Below the pieces are notes generated by a model that searched no databases, was not told the origin of the DNA, and saw only the letters and a list, made by a program, of their open reading frames with translations. The translations under genes and the position numbers were made by a program. A stretch of DNA of 64,000 bases from Eledone cirrhosa (taxonomy: Eukaryota), in assembly GCA_964016885.1 (NCBI GenBank), contig OZ024743.1:299584001-299648000 (forward strand), in the 5' to 3' direction. How positions within the stretch are numbered: position 1 is the stretch's first letter; each line of letters starts with the position of its first letter. Positions 11,990-30,880 of this stretch are shown here, piece after piece.

Positions 11990-13200
11990 TCAATGAGAGA
12001 AATGGACAACTACCAAATGAACGGCCATGTGTAACTAGGATGTCGCATGTATATGTCCTTGTTTATTATCAAAGGTAGGATAATAATATTTAATTGTCAT
12101 ATATATTTGGCAATAACTTGTTCTTTCTTAATTCATTCACTTTTGTTGAGTGAAAGAGTTTAGTATGAGAGGGAACATTCCATACTGGAATATGACTGCT
12201 TAAGGGGATTTGGATCATGATTTAATCAAGGATATGTTCGTGGTGTAGAGGCATTTATATGCCTAATGATACACCAGTTTGCCCTATGTAATTTTGCAAA
12301 CATCCCCAACATGTAAACAGATATATAAGGTTTTCCAAGATGCAAATGTAATTTTACTTTACTCTGAATTATTTTCCATCCTTTAGTTTGAATTCGGCTC
12401 CTTCAATTAGGTATAAACCGGTGCCGCAGATTGTTCTGTTGCATTCTGTCAAAAAAGGGGTTGTGATTAGTTTAATGTTTTTTGTACCAGTCAGGATAGT
12501 GTTTTGAGCTGCTAATTTTGATCATTTAGTGTGTTTCAGCAATTTCTTTTTCTATAGAATAGGGAGGTTATTTACGGAGGTAGGCAAATATTTCGATATT
12601 TCTGAGTGTGAACGTTGACATACAAGGTAAAATATTTTCTCTGGTTGTGTATTTTGTTTTCCTTAGTTCTTGAGAATATATGTTTTGCTTCTGCTATCCG
12701 TTAATGATTATGCTAAGTATGAAGGTGTTTTGGATGAGTATATTTCTTAATTCCTCTGTCAGGCTCTCGTTCGAACGGGCCCAAACATATTTTTTGCTAG
12801 GTTAAAGAGAATGTTCAATTACATGTGTTTTGTGTAACTTGATGTAAATTGAAAGTACTGCTGGGAGTTCGTTGGTTTATAGAAAATATTTGCTTCTATT
12901 ATTTCGTCTATGTTTGAAATTGGGACATCTAAAAAGGCTAGTTTATTGGTACTAAACTCCATTGTAAATTGTATGTCAGTGGTTAGTTTTGAATTCTGAG
13001 GGCGTATCAAGGTTTTTCCTGTCAAAAGCCATCGTCAACGTAAGTTTTCAATTTGTTGTTTCGTTGTATGTGAAATGTGTCGCCCGATAGTGGCGTTCCA
13101 TAGCTGCAAATCGTTTGCTCATGGAATAACCAATAAACATTTTTATGTGTGTGGGAGACTATCTTCGTGTATATTGCGTTTCATGATACTTGCTGCTACG
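11990..13200 (-). mobile_element. Decayed Penelope-like retroelement (RT C-terminal half and downstream region)
   Basis: Minus strand YVDDG at ~13030, IQFTMEFSTNKLAFLDV, NIFYKPTNSQQYF, NILFNLAKK; boundaries approximate. Confidence 0.75.
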
Positions 13201-13489
13201 CAGATTTGTCGAACATAAATAATTTATTTGCAATATGAATGTGCGTCCCTCAATAGTAAATACTTTTTACGCGAATAAGTAAATCGGATTGGCATGTATC
13301 TACCTAATATTTAATTACCGTTATTCCATTGTCATGGAGTATGTTTATGGATAATTTGATAACTTTAGAAGGAAACGGAAATTGTGAATTCACCAAAAAC
13401 ACTACAATAATTTCTATAAATAATTCATATTTTCTTTTAGATGAAGGACAAAATGACGAGGAAACACGACGGCTTCATTACAGAAGAAG

Positions 13490-16400
13490 CCAATGGTAAT
13501 CAGTCTTTCAAAGTAGTCATTAACAAATACCGAAATAATTATATTAAGTAAGGGATTGAAAGTTACATCTACACCACAAAAATCCAACTTCACCGTAATG
13601 AAAAACATCACGGAATTCTGTTGAACATTTAGGCTAACCGAATTATTCTTTGAAAAGAGGACAATGAAGATGAATCACTAGTTAGAATTAAAAGTGATTT
13701 CTTCCCAAAGAAAGAAAAGAATAAAGCACTAAACTCCTACTGCGAACACATTATATATTGTCCCTTTGAAATTGGAAATATAAACACCAAATCAAATTCT
13801 CAAAGCATGAATGGAAGAACCTAATTGATTTAATAGAAAACATTGACATCACTATTAAAGAATCTAACAAAGGTAACACGTAATCATTATGAATACAGAC
13901 TATTATAAATATTTGGCACATAAATTGTCGAAGACAACAGTTACTATGAATAAACAACTAACTACAATCAAATATAATGAAACATGTATTTTTAAACTTT
14001 ACTATATAAGTACCGCAATGGACTAACCACGACAGAAATCAACTATATAAGCCACTTCAAATGCAAAACATCTTTAATAGTCTAGCGAACATACACAAAA
14101 GCAAACTGGTAAATGCTGGAGACCCACGAAAATCAAATACATCCAGTTAACATCTCCAAGCGATTTAAAGTTTAGACCAATTATTGCAGACCATTCATGT
14201 GAAACACACAGACTGAGTAACTTACTGGACATTCTTTTAAAGCCCTACCTAAAATGTGCGTAGAGCTGCATACGAGAGGATCTATAGATGCTGAGTTATC
14301 TACTCAAAACAGAAAGTTAATACCCAACTTTTGTTTGCTTCGACGTTGTCAACGTTTACACATATATACTCCATTGCTATGAAATAACTGCCTCAAATAA
14401 CATCACCACTGTAGGATTCAAATTTATATTGCAAAACAATTACTTTATGTTCAATGGATTAGCGTACCAGAAAATATCTGGAGTCTCAATGGGTATGAAT
14501 GTAGCCAGTTTAGTCATGGGATTCCATGAGTAAAATATTTAGAGCCAATCAATGGTACTATTTGGAGACACTCAAAGAAAAAAATAACTAGACAATTTAA
14601 CTGGACGATTGCTTTCCTTTATGGCAGGTCACTTTGATACACTCACATAATTCAGATAATATAATCTTAACAGGTACATCCTATTCACACTGGAGTTAGA
14701 TAATATGGAACTAGCCTTTTTAGTTATCTCAATTTCAAAACAGGACGGGATAAAGGAAACAGACATTTTCTATAAACCCACTGACTTCAAGCAGTATCTT
14801 CAATGTGCATGTAATCACACAGAAGATAAGAAATTGAACATTCATTTTAACCTTTCAAACAAATATACACAATAGTACCAAACCCGAACAAACTTGAGAA
14901 ATGATAAAATGAACTGAAAAATATGCTCATACAAGAGGCTTCTCACATAGCAAAAATCACCAACAGAATAAAAAAGGCAAAACAGATACTTACTCATGAG
15001 CTAAAGAAAACAAAATATAAGACCAAGGAAAATGTTCACATGGAAATATTTGACCACCTCTACAAAAGCCTATATAAAGAGGAAAAAGCGAAAAAACTGT
15101 ATGAAACACCAAATCATTACATATAAAAGACAGCTCAAAGCTCTTAAACATCCTTACTGTAACCAACATTCATTATTAATCCCCAAACTGTTACAAAATG
15201 CAGAAGAACAAGTTTCAGCATCTGCTTATACCTAATTGAAGGACCAGAATTCAAATTCAAGGGTAGACCATTCTTAAAATTTCTTAAATCTAATGTGATT
15301 ACATATACATGTTGGAAAAATTGCATAGGACAGACGCGAGTGTGATTAGTCAAAGGAAATACTATACACCAGCAACAACTCTGTGTTGAAAACACGAGAA
15401 AAAAACACTCAAGCTGTCATATTCTAATATGTGGAGGAATGGACTTACCTAGCTTCAAAATGTACCCTCCTCTACAAGTGATCAGAGTGTTTCATGCAAC
15501 AACAGAGAATAAATGTTAAAACACAATTCATTAAGTAATAAAAGCCATAATCAAATATGCAATTTTTTCACATTTGACAATGAATAATGATCGATAGATG
15601 AGAATGTCTATAAATGTGCAACCACACATACAAAAACAGATCCACACACTCACATGCACCACACTATACTAACAGAAATAACTTCAAAATAACGTCCACC
15701 AAAAACTGTTTTCAGTATTTGTTTAATCGTCTAGAAACCTCTTCTTTGAGAAATGTAAACCCCATCATCAAAGGACCTCGTTCAACCATATTTATATCTA
15801 CATTTGTGTTTTATTTACTTCCCTTCATTCTTTTATTGTTGTCTTTATTTGTATACTTGAACTCTTGGCACAATGGAACCCCGCCTATATTCCCTATGCA
15901 CAAACACACAAACACAAACACATGCATAAGACAAAAAATCTCATAACTTTCCTAAAAACATCACCAAACCAAAAACAATTCTTTATGATTGAAAATATTT
16001 TCCCTCAAAAAGTGTTATATTCTATATCCACTTTGCATTTATACATTCGTGTTTATACATTCGTCTATTTTCAATAGAACTTTCAATCATACTTAGCTAT
16101 TCTTAGCTCTTTTTATCTATTATCCTTTTTTTTTGTATTTATCTACAAAATTGAACTCTTGACACAATGGAACCCCACCTAAATAGAGACACCGAACACA
16201 AATATACAAAATGCCATCTGGATATCTTTATTCTGAATAGAAAAGTAACTTTCTGTTTAAATCAAATAAATTTTCTAGTAAATCAATTGAATCCTGCCCT
16301 GTCGGATCCCACTTCCACTCTCATTGCCCTACCTTCATAAAGAACACATAAGAAGAAACTTTGAGAGAACATTCACATATGTTCTAACTGCCCACTCAAT

Positions 16401-16545
16401 ATGAAAACGATTTTTTTCAATATTTGGCAAGATTGACATATCAATCGAAACTAGTAATATTTGATAACACTTAAATTCATGAGCAGCCACGAATAAATAT
16501 CGTGTCTATTCACCTGTCTTCTGATTTATTAAGTCGTGATTTCAA
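13490..16545 (+). mobile_element. Decayed near-full-length Penelope-like retroelement with 3' pLTR-like region
   Basis: Frameshifted motifs LTNTEIIILSKGLK, ITIKESNKG, FRPIIA..SCETHRLSNLLDILLKPYL, FDVVN.YT, FILQNNYFMFNG, SGVSMG, LDDCF, TDIFYKPTD, GIY-YIG-like NVI...IGQT; decayed hammerhead and AATAAA at 16417-16497. Confidence 0.85.
16417..16464 (+). ncRNA. Degenerate minimal type-I hammerhead ribozyme of a PLE pLTR
   Basis: tcaatat / ttggcaa (in place of CUGANGA) / gattga-cata-tcaatc (perfect stem II) / GAAA / ctag (palindromic stem III) / ta / atatttga; three core substitutions, so probably inactive. Confidence 0.6.
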
Positions 16546-16566
16546 TGGGTGACTATAAATCACAAC

Positions 16567-16682
16567 AATTGTTTCTACTTTTCGCACAAGGCCAGCAATA
16601 TAAAGACAAACGGAAATCCACTCCTGGTACTTAAATTTATCCCCGGCGGGATTTGAACTGAGAACGTAAAAAACTGTAACTA
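16567..16682 (-). mobile_element. S1 SINE, partial and internally deleted
   Basis: aattgtttctacttttcgcacaaggccagcaat...cggcgggatttgaactgagaac. Confidence 0.8.
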
Positions 16683-16714
16683 TTCATAATAAATAAGGAT
16701 GCTTCTTTTAAATA

Positions 16715-16882
16715 TTTGTTTCTACTTTTGGCACAAGGCCAGCAATTACCCTAGTACATTACCGGTGCTTTATTTTATCGACTCCGGAAGGATGAAAGGC
16801 AAAGTTAACCTCGGTCGGATTAGTACTCAGAACGTAAGGGACCATAACTCTATGCTAAAAGCATGTCTGATGGTCTTCCGAT
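16715..16882 (-). mobile_element. S1 SINE
   Basis: Matches S1 3' end and central domain. Confidence 0.85.
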
Positions 16883-18269
16883 AATATTACACTGTAATAA
16901 GTTACTGACAGAAAAGGCTACAAATAAAGTAACTAAAACACTTCATAAACATGGCTGGAGTTGTTAACCATTGTATGATATATATTTTTCCCCCTTAAAA
17001 TATGTTGAGACAAATAAGCTAGTCGTATATAGTGCAACATTAAAACGATCGATCGCATGGAACGGAACTAATATTTAAAAAATGCATACCTACATGTATG
17101 ATCGAATTCGTTTGACCGAATCCAAAGTCAGTAAAATTGCAAGATACAGCAAACAATAATCTGTATATTTTCAGACGGTTATTCTAATACAGAAAATGCA
17201 AAAACAAACAACAAGAAATACTCTGATTGTTCATTGCAAATATTTTGTGGCGTGGACATCTCATTAAAAAGGGAATTTTACATTAAAAAACGAAGGAATA
17301 TAACACGATATCAGCACACAGAAAAAAAAGATTGGATGTGGAACATGCCAATATGAATGCATATTTGTGCAGTTGACAGCGCATCAAGCAGGTTAGTCTT
17401 CTCCTTTTATTCTATACTAAGAATCGATGTAGCTACCTGTGAGGATAGATAATCATTCCAACATGTTAGGTCATTAAACAGTAAATATATAACGATATAT
17501 TCAAGGTCTTGGGCTGGTTTAACTGCCGTTTAATGACTGACATGATTAAAAGACCACATAAATAACGGTCTTCGCACTGATTCCGCCTACCGAAAGATCA
17601 CTGTCAGAGTACACGACATATACAACGTGTCATGAAGTGTGACCGAACGCAAGGCAACACAATCATTGAGCGAATCATTGGCCACACACACACGCGCCTA
17701 CATGTATATCTCCTGTTTTATTTATGAATTCTGTGTACCATAGGAAATCAAAACATTTTGTTATTTAGCCCGGATACCATCACAATATATATTTACATTT
17801 GTTCATTATCAAGTGATGAGTTTAAAATACATGTAGCATTGATTATTTGAACACGTTCCCTTGAAACCTCACATTAGGATCGAACATGGGGCCAAATTGC
17901 AAAGTGAACTTACTAACTGTAATTCGGGTATCGCTTAATTTCAGATTATAATTTTGCCTTGTAGAATTATTAATGTATATCTATTAAAAGATATAAATTA
18001 AAAGCATATTCTATCACACATGCTTAACTGGAAAGTGCAATATGGTATGTGTTACTTTCTGTCTTAATTATTATCTAGTGATAATACTAATGTTTATTTC
18101 ATCAATATAGATTAATTAATGTCGCGTGCATAGATAAACTGTTCGCATAGTTTGTATAATATATAGGTATTGATATGGAACACGAATAGCTGTATGTTTA
18201 GAGTAATATATGCATCATAGAGAGAATGAAAAACGTTCACACTAACTCAAATATATATAGGTACCCCCA

Positions 18270-18305
18270 AGCATATACACATACACACGCACACACACAC
18301 GCACG

Positions 18306-18344
<39 letters not shown>

Positions 18345-18350
18345 CACACG

Positions 18351-18381
<31 letters not shown>

Positions 18382-18400
18382 AATATGTGTGTATGTGTGT
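18270..18400. repeat. Compound (CA)n-(TA)n-(TG)n microsatellite
   Basis: Seen directly. Confidence 0.9.
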
Positions 18401-19094
18401 GGGGGTTTATGACATTATCTATCTTTTCGTCACAAGTAACTTCGCACGTTCAGTGTATCTTTTAGTATAGTATTTGGAATGCATTAGATTAGAAGAGATA
18501 TATCACCTAAATTCCCTACGTAGTGCGTGTGATTGTGTCTGTGTGTTTGCGAATGTGTGTGTGTATGTATATTATATATGTCTCTCCCCACTCTCGCTCA
18601 CGGTATGTATTTATATATATAAATAAATATACACGGGTGTGTATGATTGTGTATAGAAGATTATATTAATAAAAGGAATTCCAACATTGATTTACTCGTT
18701 TTATTTACAATCCTTTAAAATTATAATGATATTATAATGAAATAGTATGGTAGAATATTAAATGCTAAATGTTAATTGAACAAGTGCTTTCATGCTTTCG
18801 CAATCTTCAGGTTCATATTCAGTGGTGACAGTCAAGTTTGCAATTTTCAACAGTTGAAAATTGCAAACCTATATATGTATGTATATATACAGAGAGAGAG
18901 AGAGAGGGAGAGACCTTACAAATTGTGTCGGATTCATTACTACGACAGAGAAAGTGCTCATTGGATCATAGGGGATTATTGTGAGTTTTAACTCTACCTT
19001 TAATTTAATTTTATATATATACTAGACCACCCGTAAAAAATAATTTCTAAATAATTAACATATACCCAGATATGTATATAAGGTAAAATGAAAT

Positions 19095-19255
19095 TGTGTG
19101 GCTGAGTGGTTAGAGAATTGGATTCACAATCTTGAGGTTGTGAGTTCTATTCTTGGACCTGGCGATGCATTATGTCCTTGAGCAAGACACTTTATTTCAC
19201 GTTGCTCCTTCTACCTGGAATTGCGACCGATAAATAGTACTAGATACTGGAAAGA
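19095..19255 (+). mobile_element. Second tRNA-derived SINE family with CORE-like domain
   Basis: A box tggctgagtgg, B-box-like gagttctattc, then tgtccttgagcaagacactttatttcac resembling the CORE motif. Confidence 0.7.
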
Positions 19256-19462
19256 TCAACGAAAACATTGCTTCCGCGGTCCGATTTGACGAAAGTCGAT
19301 CGATCCTTATATATATGTTTGTGTGTATGTGTGCGCGCGCGCATATGTGTGTGTGTGTGTGTGTATACACACATATACACGCACAGTTAGAAACCCTTTC
19401 TATTTAGCAGGATACAGTAATGCTATATTCGTTCCTTTGAAGTCACCGGTTGTAACACCAAC

Positions 19463-19464
<2 letters not shown>

Positions 19465-19540
<76 letters not shown>
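19465..19540. repeat. (CT)n microsatellite
   Basis: Seen directly. Confidence 0.97.
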
Positions 19541-19543
<3 letters not shown>

Positions 19544-19815
19544 CCCCTTTTCTTCTCTGTCTCCATCTCTCTCCCTATATATGTTTTTCTCTCACAACCA
19601 CTATCTCTTTCTCTCTATCCTTCTCTCTCTCCATTTACGAAGGTACCCGGAAAAACACTGTATCTCAGGAAGCCGTGCTCGGATTTACGCGAAACCTTTT
19701 CGGGTCAACTTCATTTGAAAGTATTTTCTCATTATGCGCCCTTTTGGCTGTATTATATTACAGACAAGCAAACAAACAAGCAAGCAATCACAGTGTTTTA
19801 GTCGTATACATATAT

Positions 19816-19934
19816 AACTCCGCTGGTCAGCATTTTGTTTGTGTAAGATGCTCTGACCCCGAGAGTACTAGCAGTACCGTTGGTAGGGGTCGAAACTGCC
19901 AAAGTCCAGCTCAGCGGCCGATGACACTGGAGTT
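19816..19934 (+). other. Structured GC-rich segment, possible decayed hammerhead
   Basis: ctGACCCC...GGGGTC-GAAA-ct-gccaa-ag-TC; outer pairings aactcc/ggagtt and cgctg/cagcg. Confidence 0.35.
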
Positions 19935-19969
19935 TTGTGTCTTTTGTTTGTATTATTATTTTTTTAAAA

Positions 19970-20138
19970 GGCGGTAGATTGGCAGTATTTGACGCATAGT
20001 GTTACAGCCCTTCCCATTCTGAGTTCAAATCCCGCCAAGGTTAACTTTGCCTTTCATCCTTACGGGGTCGATAAAATAAAGTACCAGTAATGCACTCGGT
20101 AATTGCTGGCCTTGTGCCATTAGTAGAAACAATTATTA
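19970..20138 (+). mobile_element. S1 SINE with small head deletion
   Basis: ggcggtagattggcagtat...gagttcaaatcccgcc...gaaacaattatt; possible 18-bp TSD at 19952-19969 / 20132-20149 (16/18). Confidence 0.9.
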
Positions 20139-20249
20139 TATATTTAAAAACAATTTTCTAAGGTTCCCCATAAAACTTTGTTTTCCGTTTTGCCTTGTTT
20201 TCCATTTTGCCTTGTTTTCGTTCTTTGTCATTTCCTCTCTGTTAATTTT

Positions 20250-26710
<6,461 letters not shown>

Positions 26711-27235
26711 CGATATTAAACAAATGGAAATTATATTTATAAAACCATATTTATTTCAGGGATATCATATTAAAAACATGGTATGCCCTCTTCAGACAAA
26801 ATACAATATATAGACAGTTTTATAAATAAATTTGACATACCTTAGAGTTTACAACTTCCATTTAAAAAGTTGTTACGGTAGTGAAAATGTTAAGGACGGT
26901 TAGAAAGAAAGACGGAGAAAAAAAGGAAAAAAAAAAAAATAGGAAATAGAAAAAGGAGAAAAGAGAAAGAAAGAGCGGAAGGTGAAGAAGATGAAGAAAT
27001 GTATGTAAAGAGAAAACCATCAAATGAGAGATCTATGAGGGAAGGGGGTACTGTAATTATTCATTTGTTTATTTATTTATTTAGTGTTAAGGATACGGGG
27101 AGAAATAAAAACAAAAATAAATAAATAAGTATATATAAATAAATAAATAAGTATATATAAATAAATATGTATTTATATATATATATATTTATTAAAATAC
27201 AAATATTAATAAAATAGATTTTCTTTTGATCAATT

Positions 27236-27292
27236 ACATTTTATTATACATATTTCGGAGGTACAACAGTATATCCTCATCAGACAAAATAT
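27236..27292 (-). ncRNA. Minimal type-I hammerhead ribozyme with intact core
   Basis: Minus strand: atattttgt CUGAUGA ggatatac-tgtt-gtacctcc GAAA tatgta UA ataaaatgt; stem I 9 bp (2 GU), stem II 6/8, near-palindromic stem III. Confidence 0.8.
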
Positions 27293-27534
27293 TATGATAC
27301 ATGACATACCCTGAGATGTTAAATGGTTAAGATTTAATCAAGGTAGTGGTTAACCCAAGAGAAAATTCAACATGTATACCCTAATAATGAGAAAAAGCCA
27401 AAACGTAATAAGTTCAATAGAGAATGTGTGAGTAAGAAAAAACGTTGGTTAATGTGACAGCTATAGAGATTTTAAAATGTAGGATACTACAAGTTATGTT
27501 TATCTAGGAAAACATCTCATGAATTATAACAGTC

Positions 27535-27756
27535 AATTTAATGGTGTCTATTGAAAATGGAATGGTATTTCTGTTGAGTAGGGAAAGAGGTGTCCACAGC
27601 GTTAAAGAATAATTTTGCAATTGGTGTTCGCCCCCCCCCCCCTGCTTCGGTCGCAGTTAGAACACCAATTGCAAAATTATTCTTTAACGCTTTGGACACT
27701 TCTTTCCCTACTCAACATAAATACCATTCCATTTTTAATAGACACACCATTAAATT
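27535..27756. repeat. Inverted repeat (~95-bp arms, 30-nt spacer) at the 5' end of a PLE fragment
   Basis: aatttaatggtgt...gcaattggtgttc (27535-27629) versus gaacaccaattgc...accattaaatt (27660-27756). Confidence 0.93.
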
Positions 27757-28310
27757 CTCGTATTCTACAACTATGAACATGGCCCAAAACATTGCCAAAT
27801 TTAACACTAAAATTCTAAAACAAAACCAACATAATGATCTTAATAATAGAGTCAACATAAATGATACTAAACCAAAATGTAATTGTAGAAATAAAACTGA
27901 CTGCCCTTTGCAAAATAATTGTCAAGATAGTAATTTGGTTTATAAATGCACCGCAAAAACTGATCACAACACATACAACTACATAGGATCGACTTCTTCT
28001 ACATTCAAAGCCAGATTTGCGAACCATAAATGCTCATTCTCGAACTCCAAGAGGAAATCATCTACTTCTTTATCACAGCTCATATGGTCATTGAAAGAGA
28101 GGAATCTAAAATACTCCATTCTTTGGACAAACCTTCGGAATTGTGGAGTTTACCGCAACTCTAGTATATCAAATAACTGCACGCTCTGTACAATGGAGAC
28201 CCGTTGATTATTAATAACTATGATACCCTAAATAACAAAACAAGCGAATTATTCTCTAGTTGCCTTCATAAAGCTACGTCCACATTTTTCGCCTACCACA
28301 ACACTAGATA
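27660..28310 (+). pseudogene. PLE GIY-YIG endonuclease region, 5'-truncated (Nematis/Neptune-like)
   Basis: IFNRHTIKFSYS, CNCRNKTDCPLQNNC, VYKC...YIGST...FKARFANHK, SLSQLIWSLK, CTLCTME. Confidence 0.88.
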
Positions 28311-28380
28311 AAATGAGAGAGAAACACGAAACCATTACAAACTTGATTTTCAGACGTATATAATCAACAGGGAAAACATT

Positions 28381-28490
28381 AATTGTTTCTACTTAGGCAC
28401 AAGGCCAGCAATTACCAGTGCATTACTGGTATTTTATATTATCGACCCCGTAAGGATGAAAGGCAAAGTCAACCTCGGCGGGATTTGAAA
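28381..28490 (-). mobile_element. S1 SINE, 5'-truncated
   Basis: S1 3' end through the B box. Confidence 0.88.
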
Positions 28491-29133
28491 TGGCCTTTAA
28501 TATTGCATTATAACTATCTATAGATGAAATAACGCTCGAATGAATGATATTTGTTCAATAACACGCCGGCACATTGATATACATAACGTAATATTATTAA
28601 CTTTGATCCATACCTTTATTTCTCTATCTTTATTTTCCTATCTAAGTTTTACATTCTAGTTTAAATATCCAACCCATTATATTTTTACGAAAATTATTTT
28701 TAACTGTGAATCTTTCATGTGTTTACATTTTCGATTACTTATTTATAATATGTATGTAATTATATTTTGTAAGTTTTTAAATATACCTACCGTATTTTTA
28801 TATCCATGATTCAAATATAGAGCAAATATCCAAACTATAAATTATTATGGACCTTATTTTGAACTCTCAATTATCCTTGCATTTATTATTGTTTTTCTTA
28901 TATATATGTATGTATTTAACTGTAACACGTCGACATCCTTTATATAAGATTATAATCGTTATCATTTATCTAAAGTATACTGTATCACTAATACCTAATA
29001 TATATCTATATATACCTCCATATATCTCTCTATACATAATCTTTAGATAACTTCTAAATTTCTAGATTATTATTTATTTTAAATTATGAATAATTCATGC
29101 ATTTACACTCTGTTATATATATATATATATATA

Positions 29134-30880
29134 TTTCTTTTATTTGCCACCAGGGCATCAAAAGTGGAACAAGTACAATGGGGGGAGTTTACAAAACAAA
29201 GCGTCCTCAATAAGGAGGAGGCAATAACAATATATAAAAATAAAATAAAATATAACAAAAAATGAAATTTATAACAAAGTCCTCAACTGAGAGGAGGTGC
29301 CTTGGGGGGTCACACACACCCCCGAAAAAAAAGTGTGCAACCCTTTTCCACAGGAGCACAGAGAAGGCGTGCTCCCTTGGTCTTTCATCTTCCTCACCTA
29401 TAGTCTGATGTAGAGTGAAGGCCCATTCACACGGGCCATTCTCGCCACTTTCAACCATCTTTCATAAAAACGGCTGGGGTGCAGCACCTCTCTCTCCATC
29501 CTGATCCTTCTTCCGAAATGATATCGGAAGAAACGGACCAGTTGTTGGCCAGAGAGAAAGGTGTCTGACCTCAGTCCTTTCAGACGCGTCCACCATACAA
29601 ACTCTTTCGCCATGGCTATTACGCACAGAAACACCGCCTCATCTTCGTTTTTGAAGAGGGGAGGCGGCTTGATCGTTACAATAGACTCGGTGGTCAACCG
29701 GATCGGTCCCACCCTTGACAGCAGTTGTTCGACATAGCCCCACAGATCGGCAATTCCCGAGCAGTGTACCAATGCGTGTGCAACGGTTTCCTCGTCGCAC
29801 ACGCATCTGGGACAGATCTTTTTCGAGGGGTCCCTACCCGGGCGCCCGTGTCTGTAGAGCCTTTCTCGAACGGGCAGAGCCCTTCTGTAGCATTGCCAGG
29901 CCAGGGACCTCTGGAAGTTATCCATGGGTCCCAGGCTGAATGTCCTACCGAACAGGTTGGCCAGTTCGTCTTCCTCCATGCCTAGGGCTTCTCCGCGGGC
30001 GTCGTCACACCTGCTAACCACCAGCCCTCTATAGAATGACGAGGTGGATTCTCCACTGACAGCCGGGTTCGTCTGCCAGAGAGCCGTGAGCGCCTGGGCA
30101 CACTCGGCGCCCAGTTTTCTCGGTCTTTGCTTGACCCAGGATTGCAGCTCGGTGAGTGAGACGAGTCTGGGAAAGGCTCGCCTCACAAACGGGGCCCACA
30201 CCGGTTGATCGGTGAGGAATACCTGAAGGTGCCGTAGCCTTAATGCGTGTTTACGTATCATTAGCCACGGCATCCTCAGCCCTCCTTTCGAAGGGTGTTG
30301 ACAGCAGATGGACCTCCTCACCATAGAAGCCCGCTTCTTCCAAAGGAATTGGAAGAGTGCGCGCTCCATTTTGGCGAGCGTTTCCCTTGGGCAAGGCACA
30401 ACGGTCAGGCGGTAGTAGATGACGGACGCTATATAAGTGTTCGCCACCTCCGCCCGACCTTTCAGGGACAGTTTGCACTCGGCCCCCTCTGGGTCAGTGC
30501 AAACACCCTGTTCGTTACCTCACCCCAGTTCTTCTCCACCTGGAGGTCTGGTCCGAACCAGACCCCGAGCAACTTCACCGGGCCCTCCGTCCAGCGCCCG
30601 ACGACGCCATCGGAGGGCATCGATCTGTCCCTCCACGTGCCGAGTTGCAGACCGATCGACTTGTCCCGGTTCAGCTTAGCCCCTGTAAACCTTTCGTACT
30701 CCTCCAGTAAGTTGCCGATCGCCCCGATTTCCGAGGCCGTCGACACCATTACTGTTACGTCATCGGCGTAGGCTGACACCGCTTTCCGCAATCCCGGTTC
30801 CAACGGGATGCCCTGCAACAACTCCAACTTCCGCAGCAGTGGCTCTAGAGTCATTACATACAGAAGGGAGGAGAGAGGGC
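29134..30880 (-). mobile_element. 5'-truncated Tx1-type (L1 clade) LINE, 3' end at a (TA)n tract
   Basis: PLSSLLYVMTLEP, SAYADDV, KLLGVWFG, CPRC...ETVAHALVHC zinc knuckle; homologous to 31928-33420. Confidence 0.92.

Noticed and set aside
17380-17700. Possible very old SINE on the minus strand
   Set aside because: A and B boxes are too degraded to support a call.
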